Of a DNA stretch of 64,000 nucleotides, positions 27,839 through 39,337 are shown piece by piece. A program made the position numbers and the translations under genes. The notes under the pieces were generated by a model, which ran no database searches, was not told the origin of the DNA, and saw nothing but the letters and a program-made list of their open reading frames with translations. The stretch covers positions 7,713-71,712 of the forward strand of contig CAZBQX010000005.1 of the NCBI GenBank assembly GCA_964494155.1. The letters are read 5' to 3'. Position 1 is the stretch's first letter; the number at the start of each line of letters is the position of its first letter. The stretch comes from an uncultured Syntrophales bacterium (GTDB taxonomy: Bacteria > Desulfobacterota > Syntrophia > Syntrophales > JAAYKM01).

Positions 27839-30745
27839 ATGAAAGGCATTCAATCGATCATGAAACCAGTTATACCTGAGGGGGGCAACCCGTCGCTTTT
27901 TCCCTTATTTACATCCTGCTGTGTCAACCGCCTTGTTGCTGTCTTGCTGGTGCTGTTCAGCCTAATCATCCTGCAGGAGATCTTCTGTCCGTTTTCCTGG
28001 GCGAAAACCCAGGACAAACAGGACAAGAAGGGGGGATATTATCTCGGGTTCTCTTCCTATCAAGATCAGAATATGGCCCTTTCCGAGGTGGCGCGTTTAA
28101 AAGAGCAGGGCTACCGCGCTTTCTATCAGACCCAGGGACAGGGAACGGGAAGCAAATATGTTGTCATGCTCGGACCTTATCCCTCAAAAGCGAAAGCGGC
28201 CGCACAGGGGGAAAAGCTCAAACAAGACGGACTGATCGACAAGATCAAGGTCATTGCATCGACCAGCGCCGTGTCGGCCGGGGAAGATTCCACTGCGGCG
28301 CAGAAGGAGCCGGGTGCACCCATTCAGAAAGAAAACGTTCAGACTGCCGGAAAGAAAAATGTCAAGACATCGGGCGCGGCATTAACAACAACATATAAAA
28401 CGGCAACGCCGCCGGAGAAGCCTCTGACCGCTACGGATCAGAATAAAAAGTCAGCAAAGACCCTTACGGAGTCGGTTTCTGCGTCGTTGACGAACACGAA
28501 GAAACTCGCAAAGGTTGAACAGAAGGTGTCATCATCTCCTTTGAATCCTGCCGACAAAACAAAGGTTGTGCCGCCTACTCTGACGGCTAAGGCAGAGAAG
28601 AAGACGTCTTTGAACACCCTACCGACCAAGACACAGATCCCCGCCGGTTCGGCGAAAGAAACGGCAAAACCCGGACAGAAGACGGCTGCCAAAGACATGA
28701 CGGCTTCGGACGGTCAGCCTGCTCCCCTGGCGGAAATCAAGCTCTCGCCGGTCATGGAACCCCCGATCCCGGCCGCCCCCGCCATGCCCCCCCCGCCGGT
28801 TACCCCCTCATGGCCGTTTTTCGATGGAGCAATGCAGGATTTCCAAAAGGGACGTTACGCAAAAGCCCGGCCGATCTTCCAGGATATCATGACGAGACGC
28901 GAAATCGCCCCGCTTTGGCGTGAACTCGCCGAGAGACGCCTGGCGGACTGTAATTATTTCTTAAAGGAAAGCAACAGCAACGAAATTTTATCGGAAATCG
29001 TCTATCAGTATAAGAATATCCTTTTTAAATATCCCGATATCAGAAACGGCAACGATCTGGCCTACTGGCGATTGGGGCATTTATACAAGGGAATGACGCT
29101 TTATGTGGATGCCGTTGACGCCTACAAAAATTTGCTGGGTAAGTATCCCGCCTCTTCCCTGGCCGAGGAAGGCCTTTATCAGATGGCGGAAATCCTTCGC
29201 CTGGACAAGAAGTATCCCGAAGCCATTGAGGCCCTGCAAACCTTTTACGCCAAGTACCCCGGGAGCGCCTTGTCCCGCCCGGCCATCTTTGCTCTGGCCG
29301 ATACCTATTACCGCATGGGGCGCTTGCAGGCAGCCGATATGTGGTACAACAATGCGCTCCAGCGATGGCCCGACCTCTACGGTTTGCCGGACGGTATTTT
29401 CCTGAATACAGGTTACCATTTTTACAATACCGGAAATTACCGGAGGGCGTTTCAGGTATTTTCTTATTTTTACAGCCTCTATCCGAAGAGCCGCTACGCC
29501 GCCTCGGCGGCACGCGCCATGGCCCGCAGCCTGGCCGCAATGGGACAGGTGCCGTCGGCGGTGCGTCTGCTGAGTATGGTTCTGGAGAAAGAGAAGGGGA
29601 AAAAGGAAGTGCTGCGAACGCGGCTCCTTTTAGCGGAGTTGGGAAGCGGTCATCCGGGGGCCAGAACCTCCGTCTGTTTCCGGGGGGTCGAAAATTACCG
29701 GGAGCCTCTTTTAAGTTGTGCGCAAATGGTCGCGGAACTTAAGGGGGATGCCTTGACCGAGGAGGTGTTGTACCGGAAAGGGAAAATTCTGAAAACCATG
29801 AATAATCCCCGGGAAGCCTTTGATACCCATGCCGCGCTGTTACGTCTTTATCCCAAGAGCGCCTATCGGGCCTCTTGTCAACAGGATATGGAAGAGACCC
29901 GGAACGCCCTGGTCGGCGATTATTATAACAAAGGAGATTACCTGGCCGTGGCCGATTTGTATTTCACCGAAAGTGGTTTTAAGTACCACCGGGATTGGGA
30001 CGTATTGTTCAAGGTGGCGGACAGTCTTAAACAGTTGGGTCTATATCAGGAAGCGGCCAAAACGTTCCAGGATTTGAAAAATACGCAGGAATATCGTGAT
30101 CCGGACAGCCTCGATCTGGCGATCGCAGAAGCGGAAATGAAAGCCGGAAGGATCCGGGAAGCCCAGTCCCGGCTGGTCATTCTCCTCGGTCAGAAACGCG
30201 CCGGCGCCGCTACGGTGAAAAAAGCCCACCGGATCCTGGCTGATTCGTACTACCGGGAAATGAAATACGACGCCGCCATTGAGTCCTATGCGGCGGCCAT
30301 GCCCGTTGATCGGACGGAAAAGGACGCCGCCCTCGCCTTGTATCGCTATGCGGATGCGCTTAAACGGCGGGGGCTGGGGACCCTGGCCCTTCAGTATTAT
30401 CAGGACGCCCTGAATGCGGCAGCACAGCAGGAAGACACGTTACCTGCATCCCTGAAGGGCGAATTGTTTATGAATCTGGGTGAGTGCTATTTTGCCGCCG
30501 GCCAGTACGACAAGGGCATTTCCCTGTTTACACAGTCCCTGTCTGCCCTTCCGAAGGGTTCGGATCAGCGGTGGGCGCTGTTTCGGCTGACCGGGGGCTA
30601 TATCAAAACGAACAACCCGGATCTGGCGGAGCAGTCGTCCGGACGGGTGAAGGAAAACACGGAAGATCCCTTCTGGGAAAAGATGGCCGATTATGGCTTG
30701 AATGACGGAATCTGGTTTGCGACCTATGATGACTTTCTTAAGTAG
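27839..30745 (+). CDS. Membrane-anchored SPOR domain + low-complexity linker + multi-TPR (YbgF-like) protein
   Basis: 968 aa. N-terminal TM helix (LVAVLLVLFSLIIL). A SPOR-like segment follows (GGYYLGFSSYQDQNMALSEVARLKEQGYRAFYQ...YVVMLGPYPSKAKAAAQGEKLKQDG). Next comes a K/T/A/P-rich linker of about 190 aa, then about 630 aa of TPR-type repeats (for example YQMAEILRLDKKYPEAIEALQTFYAKYPGSALSRPAIFALADTYYRMG). Confidence 0.8.
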   Translation: MKGIQSIMKPVIPEGGNPSLFPLFTSCCVNRLVAVLLVLFSLIILQEIFCPFSWAKTQDKQDKKGGYYLGFSSYQDQNMALSEVARLKEQGYRAFYQTQGQGTGSKYVVMLGPYPSKAKAAAQGEKLKQDGLIDKIKVIASTSAVSAGEDSTAAQKEPGAPIQKENVQTAGKKNVKTSGAALTTTYKTATPPEKPLTATDQNKKSAKTLTESVSASLTNTKKLAKVEQKVSSSPLNPADKTKVVPPTLTAKAEKKTSLNTLPTKTQIPAGSAKETAKPGQKTAAKDMTASDGQPAPLAEIKLSPVMEPPIPAAPAMPPPPVTPSWPFFDGAMQDFQKGRYAKARPIFQDIMTRREIAPLWRELAERRLADCNYFLKESNSNEILSEIVYQYKNILFKYPDIRNGNDLAYWRLGHLYKGMTLYVDAVDAYKNLLGKYPASSLAEEGLYQMAEILRLDKKYPEAIEALQTFYAKYPGSALSRPAIFALADTYYRMGRLQAADMWYNNALQRWPDLYGLPDGIFLNTGYHFYNTGNYRRAFQVFSYFYSLYPKSRYAASAARAMARSLAAMGQVPSAVRLLSMVLEKEKGKKEVLRTRLLLAELGSGHPGARTSVCFRGVENYREPLLSCAQMVAELKGDALTEEVLYRKGKILKTMNNPREAFDTHAALLRLYPKSAYRASCQQDMEETRNALVGDYYNKGDYLAVADLYFTESGFKYHRDWDVLFKVADSLKQLGLYQEAAKTFQDLKNTQEYRDPDSLDLAIAEAEMKAGRIREAQSRLVILLGQKRAGAATVKKAHRILADSYYREMKYDAAIESYAAAMPVDRTEKDAALALYRYADALKRRGLGTLALQYYQDALNAAAQQEDTLPASLKGELFMNLGECYFAAGQYDKGISLFTQSLSALPKGSDQRWALFRLTGGYIKTNNPDLAEQSSGRVKENTEDPFWEKMADYGLNDGIWFATYDDFLK

Positions 30746-30843
30746 GGTCATTTACGGCGAATGATCTGCAGTGATAGGCGCAAAGAACACGAAAACGTGG
30801 GCAGGTAAAGCAAACCGTCATGAGTTTGACATAGGAAAATGAT

Positions 30844-32056
30844 ATGGAGGATATCCATCTTTTAAAAGAGTCTTTTGATGCCTTTCAGGAGTCGTCCACC
30901 CGCCTGCAGGAGGTTTACGCCGCGCTGCAGGAGAAAATCGTCCAGACCGGCGTCGAATTGGAAGCGAAGAATGCCGAACTCACGCGCATCAGTGCGGAAC
31001 GGGAAGATATGAAAAATTATCTTCAGCGAATTCTGGAGAGTTTGACGACGGGCGTGCTGGTTACGGACAGCCGGGGCAGGGTTAAAATCGTCAACCGTGC
31101 CGCCGAGAATTTTCTTGGCATGCGGGCGGTGGAACTGCAGGGTACACCTGTGAGTCAAATATTTGGCGACAGGGATGCCGCTTCCGTTGAAGCAGAGTCA
31201 AATGCCCGCCGCCGGATCACGCTGCACGGCCGGGTGCTGGAAATATTCTCTGCCGCGATTCATGCCGTTGATGGGTCGCCGGGAGATACCGCCTGGGTCA
31301 TCTACGACATGACGGGAACCTTGAAACTTGAAAAACAGGCCCGTCACCTCGAAAAAAACGCGGCCATGCTGGAAATGGCCGCCCGAATTGCCCATGAGGT
31401 CAGGAACCCGCTGGGGAGCATCGAACTTTTTTCATCCCTTTTACTGCGCCATATCCGCGAACCCAGACAGCGGGATTGGATAGACCAGATCATCCAATCC
31501 GTCAAAAATATCGATCAGAAGATTGAGGAACTGCTGCAACATGCCAGGACCGTGGAGCCCCTCATGGAGATGATGAATATCCACGATATTCTAAGGGAAC
31601 TGCTGCTTTATTCCGACCGGATCGCCGACGGCGGCCACATTTTTCTCTCCGTGGAATACGCCGGACAGGAACCGTTTATCCGGGGAAATCCGGCGATGAT
31701 CCGCCAAATTTTTCTGGGCATGGTGCTCAACGCCCTCAAAAGCATGCCGGAAGAGGGACACATCCGGATCCGTACAAAGATCGAGGGCAGCGGCACGCGG
31801 GAACCGACCGTTCGGGTCAGTCTCGCGGATACGGGTACGAACGGTTGCAGCGATCCCATCCGCCGTTTTTTTAATCCCGACGACGACGATGATCGCTTGG
31901 CCGGTTTTAATTTTGCCGTGATTCAGAACATTGTAACGATGCACAAAGGCTCTCTCCAGGCCGAGAAAGGCCCCGGGGATACCATGTCATTCAGCCTGGT
32001 TTTTCCCGTGGTTCGGGTCCAGCCAAGGGAAGTGAATCCGGAAGCGGGTGGAAAAG

Positions 32057-32067
<11 letters not shown>
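30844..32067 (+). CDS. Soluble PAS-histidine kinase (FlrB/FleS-like) with an atypical ATP-lid region
   Basis: Coiled coil, then a PAS-like segment (ILESLTTGVLVTDSRGRVKIVNRAAENFLG) and the H-box ARIAHEVRNPLGSI, with N-box MVLNALKSM. The G1/G2 regions are unusual (DTGTNG; DDDDDRLAGFNF). It overlaps the downstream activator gene. Confidence 0.8.
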
Positions 32068-33472
<1,405 letters not shown>

Positions 33473-33502
33473 TCCGAATCGATACCGGAGATCGGGTATG
33501 AT

Positions 33503-33518
33503 TGGTATGCTGCTTGCA
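33503..33518 (+). promoter_or_regulatory. Sigma-54 promoter of the flgB operon
   Basis: TGGTATGCTGCTTGCA has correct GG/GC spacing. The -12 element lies 43 nt upstream of the flgB TTG start, which is preceded by AAGGGGAGG. Confidence 0.65.
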
Positions 33519-33559
33519 AAATAATCAGCATCTTAAAAAAATAAAGGGGAGGATGCATT

Positions 33560-33940
33560 TTGGATTTTCTCTTCGGCAAGACGATACCCATGTTGTCTTC
33601 GGTGCTGAGTTACCGGTCGGAGCGGCAGAAATTGATCACCGGCAACGTGACCAACCTCGATACGGAAGGTTACCAGCCCCAGGAATTACACTTTAAAAAT
33701 CGCCTTCTGGATGCCATGACGAAGGAACAAACCGTCAATCTGGTCCGGACGGATAGGAAACATTTGCCCATGCCGGATCCTTCGGGCAACCAATATAAGG
33801 TGGAAGAGTCGGCTGAGAAGGTCTCCCTGGATCAGGAGATGACCAATCTTGCGGAAAATCAGTTAATGTACAACGTTACTGTGGATATCCTGGCCAGAAA
33901 ATTCAGGAGTATCAGCACGTTTTTAAAGGATGTAAGATAA
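33560..33940 (+). CDS. flgB: Flagellar basal-body rod protein FlgB (TTG start)
   Basis: LSYRSERQKLITGNVTNLDTEGYQP is the rod N-terminal motif, and the C-terminus reads MTNLAENQLMYNV. Confidence 0.9.
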   Translation: MDFLFGKTIPMLSSVLSYRSERQKLITGNVTNLDTEGYQPQELHFKNRLLDAMTKEQTVNLVRTDRKHLPMPDPSGNQYKVEESAEKVSLDQEMTNLAENQLMYNVTVDILARKFRSISTFLKDVR

Positions 33941-33941
33941 A

Positions 33942-34367
33942 ATGGATTTCACAACAAATTTTCAAATTTGCGGTTCCGGTCTGTCGGCCCAGCGGGCCAA
34001 GATGGATGTGATCACCAGCAACCTGGCCAACGCGGGAACGACCAAAACTGCCGAAGGCGGTCCCTACCGGAGAAAGACGGTGGTCTTGAAGGCGGAGGAT
34101 GTCGATGAACCCTTCGACAAAACCCTGCGCGGTGCCCTTGCGGAGGTGAAAGTCGATCAGGTTACGGAAGATCCCTCACCCATGAAAAGTGTTTATGATC
34201 CGGCTCATCCCGATGCGGATGAGAAGGGCTTTGTGCTCCTGCCGAATGTAAACGCCATTACGGAAATGGCGGATATGATCAATGTGGGCAGAAACTACGA
34301 AGCCGTGGTCACGGCTTTTGACGCGACAAAGAGTATGGCCCTGAAGACCTTAGAAATCGGTAAGTAG
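33942..34367 (+). CDS. flgC: Flagellar basal-body rod protein FlgC
   Basis: SGLSAQRAKMDVITSNLANAGTTKTAEGGPYRRK at the N-terminus, and PNVNAITEMADMINVGRNYEA at the C-terminus. Confidence 0.9.
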   Translation: MDFTTNFQICGSGLSAQRAKMDVITSNLANAGTTKTAEGGPYRRKTVVLKAEDVDEPFDKTLRGALAEVKVDQVTEDPSPMKSVYDPAHPDADEKGFVLLPNVNAITEMADMINVGRNYEAVVTAFDATKSMALKTLEIGK

Positions 34368-34387
34368 GAAAGAAAAGGAGAAAAATC

Positions 34388-34687
34388 ATGACGGACATGA
34401 TGATCAGAAATCAACCAATCCAGGTTCCGGGCAGCGCCTTACAGCCTGGCGCCGGAACGCCCGCCGCCGACGGAGGCTTTAAATCCGTATTGAAAACAGC
34501 CATTCAGGATGTCAACACCCTTCAGGTCCAGGCGGACGATGCCGTTGCCAAGTTGCAGGCGAACAAGGGAAGCATGCATGAGGCGTTGATTGCTATGGAA
34601 AAGGCCAGCCTGTCCTTTCAGACGATGCTGCAGGTCCGCAACAAGATTGTTGATGCCTATCAGGAAGTCATGCGCATGCAGGTATAG
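34388..34687 (+). CDS. fliE: Flagellar hook-basal body complex protein FliE
   Basis: 99 aa. FKSVLKTAIQDVNTLQVQAD...LIAMEKASLSFQTMLQVRNKIVDAYQEVMRMQV is typical of FliE. Confidence 0.85.
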   Translation: MTDMMIRNQPIQVPGSALQPGAGTPAADGGFKSVLKTAIQDVNTLQVQADDAVAKLQANKGSMHEALIAMEKASLSFQTMLQVRNKIVDAYQEVMRMQV

Positions 34688-34742
34688 ACCTTTGCTGCGG
34701 TGAGAATCCACGGTATGGATGCCAAATCAATAAGGAAAATAA

Positions 34743-36281
34743 ATGGATAACATTTCTCAACTCCTCACGAATCTCTGGAAAGGGTTTGCCGTCCTATCCG
34801 CCTCCCGGAAACTGACCATTCTGATGGTTGTTGCCGTGACGATTGCCTCCATTTGGGGTTTGGTCTACTGGGCGAATCAGGCGGACTATAAGGTCCTGTT
34901 TACCAATCTTTCCACGGAAGATGCGTCGGGTATCGTGGCCAAGCTCCAGGAAAAGAAGATTCCTTATGAGTTGTCCGGCGGCGGGAACACCATATCCGTC
35001 CCTGCGGCCAAGGTGACGGAGGTGCGTCTGGAGTTGGCCTCTTTGGGCTTGCCCCAGGGGGGCGGCGTCGGCTTTGAGATCTTCGATCAGAAAAATCTCG
35101 GTGCCACGGAATTCGAACAGCAGTTGAACTATCGGCGGGCCCTCCAGGGAGAACTGGCCCGGACAATCAAGGGCCTGGAAGAAATCGAGCAGTGCCGCGT
35201 CCATCTGGCTCTGCCCAAGGACTCTCTTTTTGTTGAAGAACAGAAAAAAGCGACCGCGTCGGTAACCATCAAACTGAAAGGTGGCCGAACACTGCGGCCC
35301 GACCAGGTTGAGGGAATCGGCCATCTGGTGGCGAGCAGCGTCGAAGGCTTGAATCCGGTTGATGTCATGGTGGTGGACAGCAAGGGCAACATCCTTTCCC
35401 GGAAGCAGGACGACTCTCGCCTGGGAAAGATGACAGCCTCCCAGGTAGAATATCAGAACAATATTGAGAAGGATATGGGAAACCGTATCCAGACCATGCT
35501 GGAAAAGGTCGTGGGTCAGGGTAAGGCCGTGGTGCGGGTGGCCGCCGATCTCGACTTCAGTGTGATGGAGAAAACGGAAGAAATCTACGATCCGGAATCC
35601 CCCGTCATCCGCAGTACCCAGAAGCAGACGGAAAAAAGCACCCCGCCCGCCGGGGCGACCAACCCCAAGTCCGCCGAGGAAAAAAGTGACGAGGTCATCA
35701 ATTATGAAATCACCAAGACCATCAATAAAACCGTCATGCCGGTCGGAGAAGTTCAGAAGCTGTCCATCGCCGTTCTGGTCGATGGGACCTATGTGAAGGA
35801 TAAGAAGGGGGAGGAGGTCTACCAGCCCCGGGATAAGAAGGATCTGGACAATATCTCGGAACTGGTGAGAAAGTCGGCCGGCTTTAACGCCACGCGGGGT
35901 GATCAGGTGGTGGTGACCAACATGCCATTCCGGACGGCGGCCGATGATGAACTGAATATGTCCGTCCCCTGGACGGAGCGCGTTTCGAATTTCACGCCTT
36001 ATTTCAAATATCTGGTTATTTTAGGCGTGATGGTTTTCCTCTTCCTCTTTGTCCTGAAACCCATGCTCGGTCTTGTGGCCGATCTGGGTCGGAGTCAGGC
36101 GGCCGAGGTCAGGCAGGTGGCGGCGGAGCAGCACCCCCTGGAACTTCGGGGGCAGGCCGCAGCACCGATGCTGATGAATCCTCTGGAAGAAAGGGCGATG
36201 AATGAAACGGAGCTCACCAAGCAACTGGCTGACGCCGACGCCAAGAAATTTGCGGAACTGTTGCGGAACTGGATTCGCTAA
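34743..36281 (+). CDS. fliF: Flagellar MS-ring protein FliF
   Basis: 512 aa with an N-terminal TM helix, then DYKVLFTNLSTEDASGIVAKLQEKKIPYEL and the LELASLGLPQGG motif, and a C-terminal TM helix. Confidence 0.9.
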   Translation: MDNISQLLTNLWKGFAVLSASRKLTILMVVAVTIASIWGLVYWANQADYKVLFTNLSTEDASGIVAKLQEKKIPYELSGGGNTISVPAAKVTEVRLELASLGLPQGGGVGFEIFDQKNLGATEFEQQLNYRRALQGELARTIKGLEEIEQCRVHLALPKDSLFVEEQKKATASVTIKLKGGRTLRPDQVEGIGHLVASSVEGLNPVDVMVVDSKGNILSRKQDDSRLGKMTASQVEYQNNIEKDMGNRIQTMLEKVVGQGKAVVRVAADLDFSVMEKTEEIYDPESPVIRSTQKQTEKSTPPAGATNPKSAEEKSDEVINYEITKTINKTVMPVGEVQKLSIAVLVDGTYVKDKKGEEVYQPRDKKDLDNISELVRKSAGFNATRGDQVVVTNMPFRTAADDELNMSVPWTERVSNFTPYFKYLVILGVMVFLFLFVLKPMLGLVADLGRSQAAEVRQVAAEQHPLELRGQAAAPMLMNPLEERAMNETELTKQLADADAKKFAELLRNWIR

Positions 36282-36337
36282 GCAATGGAATCGATAAAGG
36301 ATTAGAACGATATCATATAAAATGGGTAGAGTCCGTT

Positions 36338-37333
36338 ATGACCAATGAAGAAAAAGCCGCCATCCTGCTCTTATCGCTGAAGGAAGATACGGCGGCGCAA
36401 GTCATGAAGAATCTGCGTCCCTCGGAAATCCGGCGCATCGGTAAGTACATGAACCGCATTTCGGATATTCCGTCGGAAACCCTGAACGCGGTGGCCAAGG
36501 AGTTCTGTACCCTGGCCCGGGAGAAGGGCGGTACCATTTCGGTCGGACACGAACAGCCCAAAAATATCGTAATCAAGGCATTGGGCGAAAAGGCGGCCCA
36601 AGACATCATCGCCGATGTCGAAAACGCCAAGCGCAACGACAACCCCATTATCGACAAGCTTCAGGATATTGATCCCAAGGTTCTGGTAGATTTTACCCGG
36701 ACCGAACATCCCCAGACCATTGCCCTGATTCTGGCGCATCTCAAACCGGAACAGGCGGCTGAGATCCTTAACGATTTCTCTCCGGCGATGCAATTCGAGA
36801 TCACCAAGCGCATGGCCACACTGAAAAGTGTCCCCTATGAGTTTATCGAAGAGGTGGCCAAAACCCTGGAGAAGGAGATTGTTATCGGTCAGGGTGGAGA
36901 CCAGCAACTCGGTGGTCCCCAGCTGGCGGCGGAAATATTGAACCGGCTTAACCGGGCCAATGAGAATTCGATCATGATTTCCCTGGAGGAGACCGACCCG
37001 GATCTGGCCATGCAGATTCGCAACTTCATGTTCACCTTCGAAGACGTTCTCAAACTTGACGACAAGAGTCTCCAGGAACTGCTCCGGGAAGTCAGCGGCG
37101 AAGATCTCGCCCGGGCGCTCAAACTCGTTGATGCGGGACTTCGGGAAAAGATATTCAAGAACATGTCCAAACGCGGTGCGGAAATGCTTAAGGAAGACAT
37201 CGAGATGATGCCGCCCATTCGCCTGTCCGAGGTCGAGGCCAGTCAACGGACCATCCTGGAAATCACCAAACGGCTGGAAACGGAAGGGAAAATCACCATT
37301 TCCCGAGGGGACGAACAGGATGAGTTCATCTAA
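36338..37333 (+). CDS. fliG: Flagellar motor switch protein FliG
   Basis: EEKAAILLLSL...MFTFEDVLKLDDKSLQELLREV...MSKRGAEMLKEDIE is canonical FliG. Confidence 0.9.
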   Translation: MTNEEKAAILLLSLKEDTAAQVMKNLRPSEIRRIGKYMNRISDIPSETLNAVAKEFCTLAREKGGTISVGHEQPKNIVIKALGEKAAQDIIADVENAKRNDNPIIDKLQDIDPKVLVDFTRTEHPQTIALILAHLKPEQAAEILNDFSPAMQFEITKRMATLKSVPYEFIEEVAKTLEKEIVIGQGGDQQLGGPQLAAEILNRLNRANENSIMISLEETDPDLAMQIRNFMFTFEDVLKLDDKSLQELLREVSGEDLARALKLVDAGLREKIFKNMSKRGAEMLKEDIEMMPPIRLSEVEASQRTILEITKRLETEGKITISRGDEQDEFI

Positions 37334-37997
37334 GGGCGTTATCAAATCCACGTCCGTCAAGGTTGTGGAAAAGGTTCTGCACAGAGATTGTCCTGCGGGC
37401 GCCAAGACGGCCTTCCAGACCAATCCGCTGATTCTGGAAGCCCAGAAAAGCCGCGGGGGTCTGGCCCAGGAACAGAAGGCGGAACTGGAAGAAAGAATCA
37501 ACCGGGCCAAACAGGATTCCTACGATCAGGGTTTTGCCGAGGGGCTGAATAAGGGTATTGCCCGCCAGAAGGAAGAGGCCCGGCGCGTCATTTCGGCGAT
37601 GACCGATCTTACGGCCGAGCTGACCCGGCTGCGCAAGGGAATCATCGAACAGACGGAGCAGCAGATCATCCGGCTGGCCTTTTCCATTGCGGCGAAAGTG
37701 ATCCATCAGGAGGTCAAACAGGACACGGCCGTGGTGGCCTCCGTCCTGCGCGAAGCGGTTCGGAGTGTGACAGACCGGGACGGGATGAAAGTCCACCTAA
37801 ATCCCCAGGATTTTCGGTATATTATAGAAATAAAAGAGGATTTCCTGAAGGAAATGGATGGTGTCAAAAATATTGTCTTTGAGGAAGATCCGGCGATTAA
37901 AGCAGGGGGCGTCATGGTGGAAACCACTTTCGGCGAAGTGGATGCGCGTTTGGAGCAACAGTTTAATGAAATCAAGGCAGGATTCGGACTGTCCTGA
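37320..37997 (+). CDS. fliH: Flagellar assembly protein FliH
   Basis: Its position between fliG and fliI fits FliH. The protein has a central coiled coil and a C-terminal FliH/YscL-like region (LAFSIAAKVIHQEV...IVFEEDPAIKAGGVMVETTFGEVDARLEQQ). Confidence 0.75.
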   Translation: MSSSKGVIKSTSVKVVEKVLHRDCPAGAKTAFQTNPLILEAQKSRGGLAQEQKAELEERINRAKQDSYDQGFAEGLNKGIARQKEEARRVISAMTDLTAELTRLRKGIIEQTEQQIIRLAFSIAAKVIHQEVKQDTAVVASVLREAVRSVTDRDGMKVHLNPQDFRYIIEIKEDFLKEMDGVKNIVFEEDPAIKAGGVMVETTFGEVDARLEQQFNEIKAGFGLS

Positions 37998-38017
37998 TTG
38001 CGGGTGTTAAGGAACCG

Positions 38018-39334
38018 ATGTTCACGGATTTTGAAAAATATCACCGCGTGCTGGAACGGATCAACCCGATCCGCGTGAACGGAAAGGTGAGTGAAATCAT
38101 CGGTCTGGTGGTGGAAGGACACGGACCGGCGGCTTCTATCGGCGAGGTATGCGGTATTTACCCGACGGGCAGCGACAAGCCCGTGAACGCCGAGGTGGTT
38201 GGATTCCGGAAAGGGAAAGTGCTGCTCATGCCCCTGGAAAATATCCGGGGTCTGGGGCCGGGCTGCCGTATCGTGGCCATTCACAAGAAAGCCGGTATTC
38301 ACGTCGGCGAAGCGCTCCTGGGGCGGGTCATCGATGGTCTCGGCAATCCGATCGATAATCGGGGTCCTATCCAGTGCGATGAGGAGTATCCGATCTACGC
38401 GGATCCTGTGAATCCACTGAAAAGGGGCCGCATCCGGGAACCGATGGATTTGGGGGTTCGGTCCATCAACGGCCTTCTAACCTGTGGGAAAGGTCAACGG
38501 ATGGGCATTTTCGCCGGTTCCGGCGTAGGGAAAAGCGTCCTTTTGGGCATGTTTGCCCGCCATACCAAGGCCGACGTCAACGTCATCGGTCTGATCGGTG
38601 AACGGGGACGGGAAGTTCGGGATTTTCTGGAAAAAAATCTGGGGCCGGAGGGACTGGCCCGCTCCGTCGTCATCGTGGCTGCGTCGGATATGCACCCCCT
38701 GGTGCGGATGCGGGCGGCATATGTGGCCACGACCATCTCCGAATATTTCCGCGATCAGGGGCAGAATGTCCTTTTGATGATCGATTCTCTGACCCGTTTT
38801 GCCATGGCTCAGCGGGAAATCGGCCTCTCCGTCGGCGAACCGCCGACGACGAAGGGTTACACACCGTCCGTTTTCAGTCTGCTGCCCAAACTGCTGGAAC
38901 GAGCGGGCAGCATCGAGGCCGGAGGCAGTATTACCGGATTGTATACGATCCTGGTGGAAGGCGACGATTTCAATGAGCCCATTTCGGATGCCGCCCGATC
39001 CATTCTCGACGGTCACATTGCCCTGTCACGCGACCTGGCCAGTAAGAATCACTATCCCGCCGTGGATGTCCTCAACAGTATCAGCCGGGTGATGATCGAT
39101 GTGGTGGATGAGGAGCACCGGAAGAAAGCGGGGGAACTGCTCAATATCATGTCCGTTTATCGGAAAGCCGAGGATATGATCAACATCGGCGCCTATGTCA
39201 AGGGGAGCAACCGGGAGATCGACCGCGCCATCGATATGATCGACCGGATTAATGCTTTTTTACGCCAGGATATCGAGGCGAAAATCACCTTCCAGGATTC
39301 TGTCCGGGACTTGGATGCCCTGTTGAGGTCGTAA
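38018..39334 (+). CDS. fliI: Flagellum-specific ATPase FliI
   Basis: Walker A GSGVGKS, Walker B LLMIDSLTR, and overall F1/T3SS ATPase similarity. Confidence 0.95.
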   Translation: MFTDFEKYHRVLERINPIRVNGKVSEIIGLVVEGHGPAASIGEVCGIYPTGSDKPVNAEVVGFRKGKVLLMPLENIRGLGPGCRIVAIHKKAGIHVGEALLGRVIDGLGNPIDNRGPIQCDEEYPIYADPVNPLKRGRIREPMDLGVRSINGLLTCGKGQRMGIFAGSGVGKSVLLGMFARHTKADVNVIGLIGERGREVRDFLEKNLGPEGLARSVVIVAASDMHPLVRMRAAYVATTISEYFRDQGQNVLLMIDSLTRFAMAQREIGLSVGEPPTTKGYTPSVFSLLPKLLERAGSIEAGGSITGLYTILVEGDDFNEPISDAARSILDGHIALSRDLASKNHYPAVDVLNSISRVMIDVVDEEHRKKAGELLNIMSVYRKAEDMINIGAYVKGSNREIDRAIDMIDRINAFLRQDIEAKITFQDSVRDLDALLRS

Positions 39335-39337
39335 GCT

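Noticed and set aside
27390-27853. ORFs 27390-27722 and 27644-27853 (minus strand) in the pilZ / SPOR-TPR divergent region
   Set aside because: They have no RBS and odd composition, and they overlap the predicted promoter elements. I treat the region as regulatory DNA.
28260-28830. The K/T/A/P-rich linker of the SPOR/TPR protein as a tandem DNA repeat or contingency locus
   Set aside because: The amino-acid bias is not matched by exact nucleotide repeats that I can see. It looks like an ordinary low-complexity periplasmic spacer.
36371-37510. 379-aa ORF on the minus strand, one of the longest in the track
   Set aside because: It lies entirely antisense to fliG and fliH, which have unmistakable family motifs. 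Its composition is R/G/L/F-rich with no recognisable domain. This is a typical shadow ORF opposite a highly expressed coding frame.
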